NCBI GenBank assembly: GCA_965603825.1
Contig: CBFDEM010000018.1
Coordinates: 744,001-808,000 of the forward strand
Origin: Blepharisma stoltei ATCC 30299
Lineage: Eukaryota; Protista; Ciliophora
DNA: 64,000 nt
Direction: 5' to 3'
The translations under genes and the position numbers were made by a program. Shown here piece by piece: positions 62,085 through 64,000 of the stretch (position 1 is the first letter of the stretch; each line of letters begins with the position of its first letter). The notes below the pieces were generated by a model that was not told the origin of the DNA, did no database searches, and saw only the letters and a program-made list of their open reading frames with translations.

Positions 62085-62714
62085 ATGGCGTTCATGAAAT
62101 ATGACCCTGGGTATGACTTCTCCAATAAAGGAATCGATTGGGAAGAATACCAGCGTGAAGTCCGCTTAAGAACAGATGCAGTATGGGAGCGTCAAAAACT
62201 CAAAGACTATTTCCGCCTATTTTACAAGATTTTCTATTGGGATCCAAAAACAGAGCAATATTACATCACCATGCCTCTTCATAAAAACTATAACTCTCCA
62301 GATGGCTGGCGTTTCAAACCTCATCATGGCTACAACCCTACAGGCAAATCCAATTCTTATCAAAGAAGCAAAGCCAAAGAATTCGGCACTAGAACAGTCT
62401 CCCTCAGCTACGCAGATACTTTAAGAGACAAAAACACTGTCTGCTTCTTCCGTTTTAGAGCTTATAAGAAATGCGAAGGAAACACTTTACTTCCTCAAAT
62501 TCTGGAGAAGCCAGGAGAAAAGTTTAACCCAGAGTGCTATCAAGAAATGCTTGATATGGTCGAATACTGCAGCAATGTACAACTTAACTGGCTTTCTGAT
62601 ATGTGGCATCATATGAAGATGAATCAAGATAAGTCTGTGTTTAGCAATAATGATGAACTTAAAATGATGATTGATGAGTTCGACAACCCTGACGTGGATG
62701 TCAAGACTTATTAA
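62085..62714 (+). CDS. COX6B: Ciliate-type cytochrome c oxidase subunit 6B (209 aa)
   Basis: CX9C...CX10C (CFFRFRAYKKC; CYQEMLDMVEYC); long N-terminal GYDF..GIDW.EY..LRTDAVWE segment resembles the ciliate COX6B as I recall it (not searched). Confidence 0.78.
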   Translation: MAFMKYDPGYDFSNKGIDWEEYQREVRLRTDAVWERQKLKDYFRLFYKIFYWDPKTEQYYITMPLHKNYNSPDGWRFKPHHGYNPTGKSNSYQRSKAKEFGTRTVSLSYADTLRDKNTVCFFRFRAYKKCEGNTLLPQILEKPGEKFNPECYQEMLDMVEYCSNVQLNWLSDMWHHMKMNQDKSVFSNNDELKMMIDEFDNPDVDVKTY

Positions 62715-63564
62715 GCTAATTTCAGCTTTAAGAAAATTTTAAAGAATAATTAGATGGAAATAGCCAATATAGAAAGAAAATAAATGCTTTTTTATTTTTA
62801 TTATATCTTAACCTTCAAAGCATCCTTATCACTTACTCATGCCCCTTTTTTGCATCTTCTTCATAAATAAATACCACTGAATTATTAAAGATCTGTAATA
62901 AATAATATTTCAATATAGCTTAGCACATTATCATCTACGAAATAAGAATCAATAATAAAAAATAAAAAGAAAATTCCAATTCTGCCATTTTAAATTTCAT
63001 ACCTGCTATTGTAAAGTATCCTTTTTAGCTAATAAATATGATAGAAATTCAGTTTTTTTAGCATATTCAATAAATTTATGTATGAGTAACTAAAAACATT
63101 ATTTCTTCAAGTATATTTTTAATTCAAAATATTTTCTGGCAAAGCCTAAATAATTCACATATTTTTAATCTTCTTTAAAAAGATAAAGAAATTTTTTCAC
63201 ATAAATCGGTCGAAATTCTCTCTTAAAGCTTTTTAATGTGGATGCCTTACTAGAGAGGACATTTGCCATAATAAATTTTAATATTGAAATCTGAATACTC
63301 TCAGTAATGAAAGTTTTGTGCGATTTTGATAAAAGAAGGATAGTAGAATGAACAATTTGTGCTCATAGACTATATTGAAATTTTTATTCAATCATGTGGG
63401 ATGAAAGATTCTAAAATTCAAAAATTTAATTTATAATATATGAAAAAGAGATACTTGTAGCTTGAACAATAAAGGGCTTCATTCCATTTAAAGCCAGTTT
63501 AATCAAGCATTAGTATAATTTTTTTGATTTTTTAATGCCAAAATGGCAGCTAATACTTAATAAA

Positions 63565-64000
63565 ATGAGCAAGCCTGTCAGAAAAAACGGGTTAGATCGC
63601 CCCTTTGACCCTCTACAAGTTTCCGGCTGAATCCTAATGTCTTCGAATTTGGTTATTGTTGGGATTATCTTAATCCCAACTTTTGAGCAATCTTTGCAGG
63701 TACTCTCAAAATAGATAGTGCTCTCATTATTATTTTATTCTACTCAATTAATTACTATGGTATTAGCGGCAACTTTGACAGCTGGAAATCCAACAGATCC
63801 TATTTCAATATCTGATAAAGCAGCAATAAAAAAAGGCAATTTTTTTGATAAATCAATTTCTAAAACAGTATGTACAATATGCTGCTGCAGCGTCAGTCCA
63901 AATAGCAAGCACTGTGGCTCTTGCAATCGATGTGTTGATGGGTTTGATCACCATTGCAAGTGGCTAAATAATTGTATAGGAAACCAAAACTATAAAAAAT
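63565..64000 (+). CDS. DHHC palmitoyltransferase (ZDHHC1/11-like), 3'-partial
   Basis: [16 protein letters not shown][W]; [30 protein letters not shown]; absent from ORF track. Confidence 0.93.

Overview
AT-rich, gene-dense eukaryotic DNA, most likely macronuclear DNA of a heterotrich ciliate (Blepharisma-like). Two features support this. First, TGA is read as Trp (e.g. kinase DI[TGA]SSG, MAPK VATR[TGA]YRAPE, Rab L[TGA]DTAGQE) and genes end only in TAA/TAG. Second, the introns are 15 nt (one is 16 nt), GTA...YAG, with an invariant A at position 10. The supplied ORF track uses the standard code and ignores introns, so it fragments many genes and misses several. Re-reading by hand gives about 38 protein-coding genes plus several pseudogene relics. 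No rRNA, tRNA, CRISPR, telomere tract or transposon could be supported. Most notable: (1) a Rab2-like gene whose frame runs past its Cys-Cys prenylation motif and overlaps the convergent PI-PLC gene; (2) a decaying tandem array of four divergent Rab-like GTPase genes with shared intron positions; (3) a 2514-aa TRANK1-like UvrD helicase with a possible RelE-like N-terminal domain, plus a degenerate duplicated fragment about 8 kb away; (4) a NACHT-less pentapeptide-WD40 protein; (5) a WD40/TRP-like channel fusion; (6) a ubiquitin-like/Cys-rich fusion and a kelch-like protein with a SOCS-box-like tail; (7) a secreted chagasin inhibitor; (8) intergenic spacers as short as 17-27 bp in a run of endomembrane genes. 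All translations and alignments were done by eye; no database searches were run.
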